From assembly GCA_028534125.1 (NCBI GenBank), contig CM052816.1, positions 74,402,001 through 74,466,000 on the forward strand: a stretch of DNA of 64,000 nucleotides, read 5' to 3'. The translations under genes and the position numbers were made by a program. Position 1 is the first letter of the stretch, and each line of letters starts with the position of its first letter. Origin of the DNA: Lama glama (lineage: Eukaryota). The notes beneath the pieces were generated by a model. The model searched no databases. It was not told the DNA's origin and saw only the letters and a list, made by a program, of their open reading frames with translations. This document shows, piece after piece, positions 12,790-24,574 of the stretch.

Positions 12790-13188
12790 TGCTAGGAATT
12801 GAATTGTGGTTCCCCCCAAATTCTTATTTTGAACCTCTAAACCACAATGTGACTGTATTTGCAGATAGAGTCTGTAAGAGATAATTAAGGTTGAATGAAG
12901 TCATAATGGTTTGAGCCCTAATCCAAGAGGACGGTGGACTTATAAGAAGAGGAAGAGAGAGAGTGGTCTTGTTCTCTCTCCATATGCTCACACTGAGGCT
13001 AGGCCTTGTGAGCACACAGTGAGAAGGTGGCTGTCTGAAACCCCAGCAGAAGAGCCCTCACCAGGTATCAGTCTTGTTGGCACCTTAATTTTGAACTTCC
13101 CAGCTTTTAGACCTGTGAGAAAACAAATTCTGGTTGTTTAAGCCATCCTGTGTGTAGTATTTTGTTACAGCAGGCTGGAGACAAATAC
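12790..13188 (+). mobile_element. MaLR solo LTR (MLT1A/B-like)
   Basis: TG...GAATTGTGGTTCCCCCCAAATTC...ATGTGACTGTATTTG...TTTGTTACAGCAG...TACA. Confidence 0.85.
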
Positions 13189-14469
13189 AATTATTTTGCA
13201 CATTTTGTTTGATAATGTGGTTAGTAAATAAAGGACATATGGAAATTAATATGCTCAAAACAATCACTTCATATTTCGATTCTCTTATTTTGTGTAAGAG
13301 TGCCTTTGGGTATAGCCAACTAACTGTTGAAGTGAAGAATAAGTGTTTCAGTTTTAGTTCTATAGAACCAATCATAAGAAATTCTGAAGAATTTCAAAGG
13401 TAAACTCATCTAGTTAGGATGGGGAAACTGACTTTTGCAAAACAGCAAGCATTTACATTTGAGGGTGGGAGAGTGTCTAGAAGAATCAGGATTAATAAAA
13501 TCTGTAAGTATGAGACACTTGTCTTCAGATTCTTCTCCAGCAAAGGGGAAGGAGAAAATACAAATTTGAAATTTAGGCATTCTAGATTGAGGAAAGAGCA
13601 TGTGCCAATGCCTGGTGTGTGAAAGTGGTAGTGACAAGTAGTTCAAAGTAAAAGGTAAGTCAAATTCCTAAAGTAATTACTCAAAGTAATTTTGGGGACA
13701 TATTACAGTTTAAAATTAAAATTTTGGTACACCAAAATATAGCCATTGCTTGATAATTTGTTACTTCATAAAGAAATCCTATTTCCCTTCTCTTTTTATA
13801 TTATATTGCATTAGTGGTTTTTAAATCTGAGAGAATTTTAGCTATGTGTTTTCAGTTTATTGAATTATTATCCTCTGTATCACATATACCAGTAAAGCTC
13901 TTAAATAGTTAAAACTTGATCCTTAAGACAGGAGACTAACTGTAATGGGATCCCATAATAATACAGTGTAAAATTCCTTTTGAGGTAAAACTTAGAAATC
14001 ATCACTATTTTATATACTGTTACTGTTTACTAGACCTATAGAAAATCTGAAGTAGTTAATGCAAAAATCCTTTTTTTTTTCCGTTTTAGTTCCTAACATT
14101 TTAGATAAAAAAAATTTTACTAGAGGGTTTCCTCTCAGAACCTGGCTCCTGAACTAATTTCATTTTAGTTTGAGCTTGACTACTTCCATCTCCTTCTCCC
14201 TAATGAGACTTTGAGGTGTTTTTCCTTATAAAACCATCACTAATACTCCACTGACCGTTATCGCATGATACCCCTTTTGTCACACTAGCCGAGCCGTAAG
14301 ATTATTTTTAGGTGACTTCATGGCCCCTTCCCCAATGTACGCGGGACAGGGTCAGGATCTCTTCAGCTGGTATGGTCTTCTTGCCCAGTGAACCAGGTTA
14401 CAAGCTAGTGAGTGACTCAGTGCTTGTCAAATTCTGGGCGAGAAGCACAGACTGACTTGTGAGCTTCAC

Positions 14470-15030
14470 GGCCCCCAATTCAACGTCCCCACAGTGCGCG
14501 GCAGCCGCATACCCTTCCGCGCCCTCCCCTCCCCTGCGTCCGGGACGCCCTCTCCGGGACCCGGCTCAGCCCGGCGCTCCGGGCCCCGCCCCAGGACGGG
14601 CTCGCGTTCCCTCCCTCCGCCCTGGCCGGCCGCCCGCCCGCCGCGAGTTCACCCTCAGTCCCCAGGCCCGGTCCCGGTTCCCTCCTCCCGCATTCCAGGG
14701 CCCACAGGAGTCCAACTCTACGGCGGGACCCGCATCCTGGGGCGTGCGAGGAGGAGCTGCGTCCAAACCCTGTTCCGAACCAGGAGACCACGCGGAGGTG
14801 TGACGTAAAGAATATCCACAGAAAAGGCGGGAATTTCGAACTCGCCGACAAAAGGTCTGGGCGTACCTGCTGTCGCTCATGGTTCCTCACACTCTCCCCC
14901 GCATCCCCTTCCTGGTGCGGTCCGCCCCTGACTGCTGTCCCCTCCCGGGGAAGCGGGTTCCCCCAGCAATGGGCCCGCCTTCTCCCGGCCCCACCTGCGC
15001 CCTGCCCTAGGACCCCGCCTCCAGCTTCAC
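14470..15030 (-). promoter_or_regulatory. CCDC152: CpG island / CCDC152 promoter and 5' intron 1
   Basis: Very high GC and CpG density against an AT-rich background; GC boxes (GGCCCCGCCC 14582, ACCCCGCCTC 15012); TGACGTAA near 14801. Confidence 0.9.
14867..14930 (-). other. CCDC152: CCDC152 putative exon 1 (5' end approximate), with ATG at 14880
   Basis: Inside the CpG island; donor CAG|GTACGC at 14867/14866; ATGAGCGACAGCAG is in frame with exon 2. Confidence 0.65.
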
Positions 15031-15324
15031 CTCCTTGGGCTTCTTAGGGATTTTCGTGTAGTTTCTAGAATGTGATTCAACACCTAGTGACTGTCAGATC
15101 AATCATTATTTTCCAAGCAAAGAATAAATCACATAGCGTTAAGTTTTGATTAATGAGTCAGCACTATTGAATAAATAATAATCCGTATTAATTCTAGTAA
15201 CAAAGCAGGCTTATAAAGCACTAGACACTGTATTAGGTGACGGAGATGAAAGCATGGATATAATGCAGTCTGTGCAGTCCAGAGTCAGTCCATGGATATG
15301 CTTCCCTTCTACAGTTTTGTCTTG

Positions 15325-15560
15325 GTAGCTTAGTGGTAAAGGGCAAGGGTTCTGTGTGGGTTCAAGTCCCAACTCTCCTGTTTACCAACTGGGGGATGGT
15401 GGTCAAGTTCTTAATTATACCTGCCTCAGCTTCTTTATCAGTAAAAATAGACATTAATAATGCTTATGTCTAGGGCTATTTCAATGTTCAAATTAAATGA
15501 TACACTTTAAAAGTGCTTAATACACTTTCTGGCATAAGGTAAGTGTTAAAAATATTATAA
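15325..15560 (+). mobile_element. MIR SINE
   Basis: GGGTTCAAGTCCCAACTCT...GCCTCAGCTTCTTTATCAGTAAAA...AAGTGCTTA. Confidence 0.75.
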
Positions 15561-16213
15561 TTAAAAAATTCTGTTCAATAACTGAAAGTGTATCTACTGC
15601 CAGCTTTGCTCTATGTACTTTTTTTTTTGAGTGGGAGTTGGGAGATTTATTTTGATTAATTTTATTTTTCTATAAAACCCAAAATTTGGCAAGCAGAAAA
15701 ATGTAAACTGTAATAGGATACTTCATCCTTTATTACTGGAAAGGAATTGTAGCATGTGTGGGAGAACTAGGTCAAAGTGGGAAGTGGGGGGTGGAGTCCT
15801 CTTTCTGTTGCTAACCAGTTAGGAATCTTGGGAAGGTGGGTTAATCTTCCCAAGTCTTTTTCTTTTTTTTTCATTTTTAAAGTAATAGAAGCAGACTAAA
15901 TAATAGAGATAAAATTTCAAGATTTTAAACTGGTCTTATGGTAAAACATTGCTCATCAAAATGTTTTGGAAATGTTATTTTATCATTTTCTTTACCTTAT
16001 TAATTTCAAAAAAAAAAATTCACACGCACACATACACACCCCTAATTTAATTTTTAAAGATCTTTCAAGAAATGAAACTGGAAACTTCTGGCTACCCAAG
16101 AAGGTTTTTCTTGACATTAGTAACAACACATAGGGACATTGAAAATGGCCTTTTGAATTGCTCGTTCTATCCAATTAATATTTATAAAATGTTCTATGTC
16201 ACTTATATCCTAA

Positions 16214-16787
16214 TGTTACCGGGAGGAGGAGGGGAATAAGTTACTTCTGTTCTTAGTCACCTGAAAAAAATGAATTCTTAATGAGAGACAGAAAGTGTGA
16301 TATAAACAGAAGATTTTAATAGTGAAGTAAAAAGGTAGTAAAATACAGTACACCCCTGAGAATTGGGGGCAGGCCAATCTAAGGGAGGAAAAATGGCCCT
16401 GCTTCTTTGTTTTTCTTGTTCTTATCCTGGCTTAGGGGGCGTTTACATGATTGATTGACGGCTTACATTCTATGAGTGCTCAGGCACGTCCATGTCTTTT
16501 ATGCATGTTTTACCCATGATGCACACAGAGAAACCTATGAGAGGGGGCTGAAACTGCAATGTTAATTACATTATAATAAACATTGGGTCAAGTTAAGATG
16601 GGTCCTTCTCTCTACTGTGCAGTCGCAGCGTTTGATTTTAGCCAGCTTCTTTGCTGGCCCTCATTTAGAGAAAGTAAAAGTTTTTGGAGCCCCTTATCCT
16701 GAGCGCAGGTACGCTGTTATTTTCTGGGTTGCTGCCTCCCCCTTCCTCTCCCCTGCCTGGTGCTCATTTCTATCTAATTGCCTAACA
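16214..16787 (-). mobile_element. ERV1-type solo LTR with 4-bp TSD
   Basis: TGTTA...TAACA termini; CTAA duplicated at 16210-16213 and 16788-16791; ATTAAA on the minus strand near 16315. Confidence 0.85.
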
Positions 16788-17564
16788 CTAATAGATACTG
16801 AAACAAGCCCCTTTAAAGACCCATCTAAAATGCTACCTTCTCCATGAGGCATTCACTAATCTTATCAATCAGCTAATTTCCTTACTATTTGCTTACTATT
16901 TTTCCTTACTGTTTGCTTCTGTTACACTTTGGACCATGCTGGCTTTCTTGTGGCATTTGTTAGGGCTATTTGAATTGATGTCTTTTCTCTCTGGCTGTAT
17001 TATCTGCTCCTTGGGGAAAGCAACTCTAATATATATACATAGTGCCAGCTTAATCAGAATAAATAGAAATGAACCGACATAACAGAAACAAATCATGAAA
17101 ATTTAGTTTGATTTTTCTAATTTGAAATGAGGCACAAGCTCCTCTTCCAGTTCATAGACATTATCATTTTTTGGAAAGAATCCTGCTGAGTTCAAAATAT
17201 GTCCATCAATGAGAAACTATATGAGCTTCCCATGATTTCATCTTTAAAAAGGAAAAAAATGCCTTTCACAGTTGTATTCATAGTTTTGTTCATCAAAAAC
17301 CATCTGTTTGAGGAACAGAAAGAACTCATTGAATATTTGCTCAGAAACTGCATGGAAAACTGTAAGAGAGAAATAACTTACGTTATTATGCCATACTAAG
17401 AAAGGGAGTATAAAGTAATGTTAGAATCCTTTAAAAAATACCTTGATTTGAAAATAAATGCACATGCACTCACACAATGGAAAAAAATCTGAAGCTACTG
17501 ATTTATGTACGTAAGGATCTTAAGATGAAAGACACATTGATGTTTTTCTAGGTTACAACAACTT

Positions 17565-18020
17565 CATTTATTAATTTAGTCTAAAATGTTTGTTAAGTAC
17601 TTACAAGGTATCAGTTACTGCGGGTCTAGGCTCTAAGGAGAGCAAGACAAATAAGACACTCTCCTTCTGTTTTGGAGCTTATAGTCTCATAAGACTGCCT
17701 TTTAAAGACCATCAGCCTTTACCCATCTGTTTATTCAAGAAATACATGTTGAGCACCAACCATGTTCTGGGATCTGCGAGAACACTAGGAGTAAACAAAA
17801 CAGACATGGTCTCTGACCCCAGGGGACTTACATCTTAGAGAGGGAAATAGATAAACAAGTAAACAGATGATAAATAAAAGTTATAATAAGTGCAAAGAAA
17901 TGCAAACCCATGATACTGACTTAAAAAGTAAATGGTATTTACTTTAAATATGGTGGTCAGGGAAAGTCTTGGAGCAGATAAGATAAAGAGAGACCTGAAT
18001 AGTACACCAAAATTTTAGTT
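17565..18020 (-). mobile_element. L2 fragments, antisense
   Basis: TTATTCAAGAAATACATGTTGAGCACC...AAACAGACATGGTCTCTGACCCCAGGGGACTTACA...GGTCAGGGAAAGTCTT. Confidence 0.75.
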
Positions 18021-18565
18021 GTGGGCAGAAGATCAGTACCAGGTTGTCATTTTTTTTCCTCCTGCTTGCTCTCTTGGCACACTTATCTGAGCTCCGTGTC
18101 TCTGTGTTTATCTGATTCTCATCTTTCAATATCTGCTACTGAACCATATTGTCTTGTCTTCACTGCAACTTCAGGTCCCAGTTCTGTGGCTCCCTGGTTC
18201 TCAGCATTACTTGCAGTAATTGCGTAAAAGACCCTCTGTGCACCAGGCCTATAACCCTATGAAACTGTGTTGGTTGGCATCACCTCCATCCTTTCCTGTG
18301 CAGACAAAGGAATTTGGACATGATCCCAGGATAAATCCTAAACCATGGGATACTTGAATTACTTTTCTTGAAGGAATAATCCTTAGATATGTAAATATTC
18401 CGTCTCTCAACAGGCTTCAGTTAAAAGTAGAATCATATCGCTAACTGGATAGAATTTGTATTTTTGGCTGAGGACAGAAAGTACAAGTATTCTATTTAAT
18501 TTATTGAGAAGAAATCAATATATGTTAGACAATAACCATGTGACAAGTGTGATATATTTTTGAGA

Positions 18566-18639
18566 AAATTAAGGAATCTAACCAACTGTTAGTGGCGTGG
18601 CATTCCACGCCACTAACAGTTGGTTAGATTCCTTAATTT
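18566..18639. repeat. Perfect inverted repeat (35-bp arms, 4-nt loop CATT)
   Basis: 18566-18600 is the exact reverse complement of 18605-18639. Confidence 0.97.
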
Positions 18640-19099
18640 ACTTGGGAGGTGGTCATGGGGTACTCTCAGGAGAAATCAAACTTCTCAAAAATAGTTTTAA
18701 GGCTGTACAGATACATTAAACAAGTGATCTGTGATGGCTTTGATTGCATAATGTAGCATGAGTTGAATGATTTGGGTCTAAAATATTCCTTTGCTCCCAG
18801 AGAACATCAACTTTTTCATAACATAGCTTCTTAGTGATAACTTGGTTGAGGGTAGGGGAAGTAAGTAGACTTTTAGGCACATCTAGCTTTAAATCTTGGC
18901 TCTGCTCCTGTGAGCTGTGTGATTCTAGGCAAGTCAGTTTCTCCCTCTGCCCCTTAGTTTCATCATTTTCAAATGGGAACAAACTTCTGAAGATTGTGGT
19001 GGGGATAAGATGAGATATTATATCTTATCAGGGCTGGCTCAGAGTAGGCTAGAAATAAGTATTTGTGGAATGAATGAAGGAACCGGTGAACAATGTTCT

Positions 19100-19630
19100 T
19101 CCTGTGTCAGGAAGCTATTGTGGCATAATGAACTACTCTGAAACCTAGTGGTTTGAAACAACCATTTATTTAGCTAATGCTATTTCAGGTCAGAAATTTA
19201 GGCTGAGCTCAGGTGAGTAATTTTTCTAGCCTTGTCTGGGTTTTCTTATGTCCCTGTGGTCAGCTGTGGATCAAGTTAAGTGGTATAAGTGGCTGGTCTT
19301 GGTTGGGCTCTCACATTTTGGGAGCCTTGGCTGGGTTGATGGCACTCTGCCACTTGGTCTGTCATCCTCAAGCAGGCTCAGCCAGGCGGGTCCCTAGGGG
19401 TGTCAGGGTTTCAAGAGAGAAAGCAAAGGTATACAATGCTCTCTAGAAGGCTAGGCTCAATGGTGGCCCCAGCCACTTCTATACCATTCTGTCGGCCAAA
19501 GTGCATTACAAAGCCACCCAAATTCACGTGGTGAAGGATCAGACTCCACCTCTTTGGCAGGAGCTGCAAACTCACATTGCAAACAGGTGAAAACTGGGAA
19601 GGTGACAATTGCAGCCATTTTGCAAAACCA
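19100..19630 (-). mobile_element. MaLR LTR (MLT1-like), antisense
   Basis: TAGTGGTTTGAAACAACCATTTATT...CATTCTGTCGGCCAAAGTGCATTACAAAGCC...GCAGCCATTTTTGCA. Confidence 0.8.
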
Positions 19631-20830
19631 AAAACCAAAAAGCCAAACCCTAATATACCTACCAATAACTATCTTTAGGTACGCCTTCCCGTTAAAATAG
19701 AATCATTGCAGAATGCGTATCTGAGTAAAGGGGAAAAATGGCCTATTGTATACAATTGTTTAATGTAAACCTAATAAAACTAGGAGGACGTCTTCCAAGT
19801 GATTTTCATATAAGAAAAATTGAAATTTGGTCATCAGTTCTAATGGTTAGATAGCAGAATGAAATGTTTTTGAGAGAACTAGTTTTAATCATCCTTGTAA
19901 GGGGGCGTATGTATCCTCCCATGCAGTTGTAAATAATCAAGCAATATTAAAAAGAAATGGAGAAAATGAAGAGGCAGGGCTAATTTGGGTGTTCTCTGCC
20001 CTCTGCCTTCCACCAAGGGAGTCATTAGCAGCCTTATTATTAGGAGCTCCAGAAAGGATTTATGAGTAAAAAAACAAACAAATGAAGAACTAACAAATTG
20101 AAGCTAGATGTACAAATAGGCAATGTAGGGCGTAGCAAGGGGACTATAAACATTGGAGATGTTACATTCTTCTTGAAAAGAAGCTTAATCAATCAGAAAA
20201 AAAATCAAGATTTTATTTTATGAGTGTAGACATTCAGTGAAAGTCCTCCTCTTTTCTGTACCATTTTATGTGCCATTTTTTAAATAAATTCCACTCAGAT
20301 CATTGCCTTCTCAAGCATCCCCACATTCTCTTTACCAACTTCTTCCTACTATATTCAAATTTGTGCCCCATAAACTTGAGAAATCTTTCTCTTTCTCTCT
20401 CTCCATTCACCTGTTACCAAAATAAAATTAGTCCTGGCTAATAAATGCAGTGACCCATGTAAAAGAAAATATAAATTCTGGAACCAGTATCACCAACTCT
20501 GAAGCCCTCCAAAGTGTGTGAGTCCTCCTCATCCTCTCACAGAAGCCTCTGCCTCTTCATCCTCTGCTAGTTCAGTGTTCTCAAACATGAAATGGATACT
20601 TTAAAAATTGTTTCTTAATCAAGTAGTGCACAGAAGCTACAATTTCATCTCATTTCAGTGGCATGGAGGTTTAAATAGACTTCTTTAGGCATGCTTATTA
20701 TAGAATCTGACAGAGTTTCTATAGAAAAATGCATTTGGAATACTTAACAATTGAATTAAATATGAAATTCTAGAACACATTATTTTATATGCTATATAAA
20801 ATGAGTTAACTGGCTTAAGTTTTTAAAGAA

Positions 20831-20969
20831 AATTGTTTATTTATTGTTTTTTGGGGAGGGGGAGGTAATTACGTTTATTTATTCATTTCAGTTGGAGGTG
20901 CTGGGGATTGAACCCAGGACCTTCTGCATACTAAGCACGCAATCCACCACTGAGCTATACCTCCCCTCT
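20831..20969 (-). mobile_element. tRNA-derived SINE (camelid Vic-1-like) with TSD
   Basis: Antisense GGGGAGGTATAGCTCAGTGG...GGGTTCAATCCCCAGCACCTCC; flanked by CTGGCTTAA(G/T)TTTTTAAAGA on both sides. Confidence 0.9.
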
Positions 20970-22271
20970 CTGGCTTAATTTTTTAAAGAGAAAACTTTCA
21001 TATTGACTGCATAAAATTTATAAGCATTTAAGCAACATAGAATATGCCAAACAACATAACAAAGATTAGAAAGAAATTGCAAAATAGAAAACAAATTGTT
21101 ACAAAATATCAACTCCTCTAAATTAATCTATAAATTTAGGGCTAAACCATTAAAAATAGTTTAGCTCCAATATTGCAGTTATTGTCTGTGTTGCTTTTAA
21201 AACCAGTGAAACTTACTTAGGTAAATTTAATTACTTTTACACACTTTAAATAACATCCTTAGAGCCTATAAAAATGGTCTTTATTGTTAAAATGACTCCA
21301 CCTGGTCATGTGAAACACCAATTAGGTTTAAGTAATGGTAGACTGTTTATTCAATCAAAATACCATTATTATGCTGTTAAATTCTAGTGTGTTCAAGGTA
21401 GTTGAAATAATATGATCGTAAGCATTGTGTATTCACTAAATATTTTTTGGGGGAAATACAGTTCAGTCAAACTTCCATAAGAGCAAATGGAGCATCAGTT
21501 AAATAACTGCAGTTAGACTAAAAAGAAATACTAATTTTTGAAGAGAGAAAACACAGTTAGATGCCATGGTTGTGGATGCTAAGAGGTCAGCTGCTGGGAA
21601 AGCTGAATCACCTGCATGTCACCCTGGATCCCTGGTCCTCACAGTGTTACCGTTTGATCATCCCAAGGCTCTCCTGATCCTCTCGGGCCTCTGCCCAGGA
21701 CTCTGTGTGGAATAGTGAGGGCAGAAGGGCAACTTGGAAAAACTTGGAATTTAAACTCTGTTTCTACCAATTTTGTCTATTATGACCTCTTTTTCTTAGC
21801 TTTTTGAGCTTTCTTTCGGTTGACAGATCTGCCAACCCTCTTTCTTGAGTTTGTGCTCACTGGAGATAATCTGCCCTGGATGGAAAGAAATCAGTCTTCC
21901 TCATTCTTTTTCCAGGACTTCAGCCATCTCCTTGTGGGAGTCATACTTCAGCATGGAGCCAATGATTTCATACAGGTTGGGAGTTATTTTTCTTTATTTG
22001 TATGTCATAAATTTCCTCCTCACCTAATTTTCGGTGGTATTCCATGGTCTTGATGCAGTTCAGGCAGGATTTGCAATTCCAGCTGGAGCTTTGGAACCTC
22101 ACTTTCAAGCTGAGAAAGTGAAAAGCCACTTCTTAGCTTGAAAGTTCCCTGCCCTTTCTCCATGTCCTGAGCACTCCCAGACTAGCCCCAAATTTTCAGT
22201 TGCTCTCCTACCCTCATCTCCTCCCCCTTGGGACCATCTTTTAGGAGTTCTCAGTCCCCATCCTAAACAAG

Positions 22272-22608
22272 CGTTAAATTAATTAAACAAGGACGTCGTT
22301 AGACTGATGTGGCTATAATGCCATGGTGGCCTATGTAAGCAAACTAAAATTTAAGCCTGTAAAATCCTCAAGGTTATGAAATCAAAATGCTGAGGACAAC
22401 CGATCACAAACAGCTGACTAGGCTTTAAGCTATGGCCAATCAAATAATTTATTTCCCTTGCATCCATACTCTTTCTAGTAAGTCTTTCTCTTGGTTCCTA
22501 TTGGTGCAGCACTCGTAATCACTCTGGTTTGGTGCTGCTTGGTTGGAATCTATTTTTGCTCAAATAAACCCTTAAAATGTTTAGTATGTCTCAATTTACC
22601 TTTTAACA
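22272..22608 (+). mobile_element. ERV1 solo LTR (MER31/MER67-like)
   Basis: (C/T)GTTAAA...CCAAT...AATAAA...TTTTAACA; imperfect TSD CAAG/TAAG. Confidence 0.7.
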
Positions 22609-24574
22609 TAAGTTATCAAAACATTTCTTCCAACCATAGGGAGGAGTTCTGGGTGGTTTTCCTCATCTTGTTATATTTCCTGTTAGACTGGCACTCAAAC
22701 TCTGCCCCAGGAGGTGCCCCTTAACTTGGCCATGTGGTGGTGGTCCGGCAGACCCAGCCCATCTTTGGTGGAGCTCCTTGGAGATTTTACTCCCTTCACG
22801 CCTTCTCTGCCCACTTTCTTCTTAATGCTCACACTCCCTGATCCAATTTCACGTTCTTACATTTTATTTTTCACTAGTCTCTCTTAGTGGTCTCTGGATC
22901 TCCCATCAGAATGTCTCAAGGTGCTCACCACTGAGAAGGGAGTTGGTGTTTGTCCTCCTGGGTTTTAGGGCACTTTTCACTCTTTGAATCTCATGACCAG
23001 GTTGAGAGAGAGGCTTTCGGCTCTGTGGAGATGGAGGAAATGTAATTTCTATTAATATGTATTATTAGAAATCCAAATACAAATTTCACATTGTGCCTTG
23101 TTTTCATTAATCTATCTTGCCTCGGAATTGTACTTCAAGACTGGGGACTGAGGTCTAACCACTTTCCTGTATCTCAAATGTGAGAACAACGCAGACAAAG
23201 CTGTTTGCAGCCTTTCCTGGAAAAACAGACTATGCTATCTCCTCTGAGATTGTGTTAAATCTTCACTAATGGAGTTTACTTCTTTAATAAGAGCTTACTC
23301 TACTTCATGGGAGAATGTCTTCATGACATAGATTCTTTCTCAACTTGAACCTGGAGATCTGGGAGCCTGTGTTCTACCAGAGAGTCAGTCCAGGATTTTC
23401 CCTTCCTCCATCTCACCCCATCGCTCTTTCCACTCCCCAACCCTTCCCTAACCACCAGAAAGTAATAATATTTATCTAGTCTATTTCTCTCCATAGTTAG
23501 ACGGTATAAGCAGAAGCCTCTGGACTTTTCTGACTCAACAATGATGCTAGCAGGAGTGGGGGTGGGTGGGAAGAAGAGCCCTCACTAACCTTCTGCTGTT
23601 TCTTCTCTTGCTTGTCAGCTTTTAAATTTATGACATAAGGTCATGGCTTTTACCTTGTCTGGTGCTTCTTGTTGTTGGACTTTTTGACTGTGTTCGTCTA
23701 CTTTCTTTCCTCTTGCTAGTGAGATTTTTGTGATCTGTTTATTATCTCCCATCTTTACCAAGGAGCATCAATAACAGTTTGATTGTAAAGCAATTGTGTG
23801 TATAATCTGAAAAGATTTAAGGAGAGAAATAGTATTTTAATCTCATTATAACTCTTATGAAACAGTTTATCCATTGGCTTCCTGTGACACTGCGTGTTCT
23901 CAATTTGCTTTGTCACTGTCCCCTTGGCTACGTGGCATGAATTAAGAATACTTTGTGTTCACTTCTTAATTGGTATTGCTGCAGAAAGGTGATTTCCAGG
24001 TCCATTTTGCCTGATTTCATAATCCCTCCAGAGTTTATGTTAGGATTTTAACCAGAGAATCTAGGTCAAACAGCAAGAAGTGACACCCTGTCCCTTGACC
24101 CCTCTATCGGCTGCTCCAGACCCCACTGTGTGGCTTTACAACCAGATCTCCATCAGGAGCTGCTTCGTTTATCTGCATAATATGTTGAACCCTGTCAAAG
24201 ACTTGTCCTGGGACAAATAAGACAACAACAGGAAATAAAATACCACTGGGAACCAACAAGACTCATCTCAACTTAAGGAATCAGAAATACCAGAAAAACC
24301 TAAGTTACAATGGTCTTGTACACTCAGCTGAAGTGTTCTGCACCTCTAAGCTGCTAGGCTGAAGGCACCAATCTCTCCACCTGAATCTTTAGGCCAAAAA
24401 TATGCAAAACCAGCTCCCAACAATGCAACTGATTCTATTATCACTATTGGAAAACACTGGAAAATAATACGGCCACCCCCTCAGAAAAAAAAAAAAATTC
24501 CACCTGGATCCTTTTGCTCACTGAAGGAATCACAGAAAAATCACAGAAAATTAGCTGCCCAGGGTTAGCATAGT

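Noticed and set aside
14459..14890. Several Pro/Arg/Gly-rich ORFs
   Set aside because: Expected from stop-codon scarcity in a CpG island; only the 14 nt before the donor are considered coding
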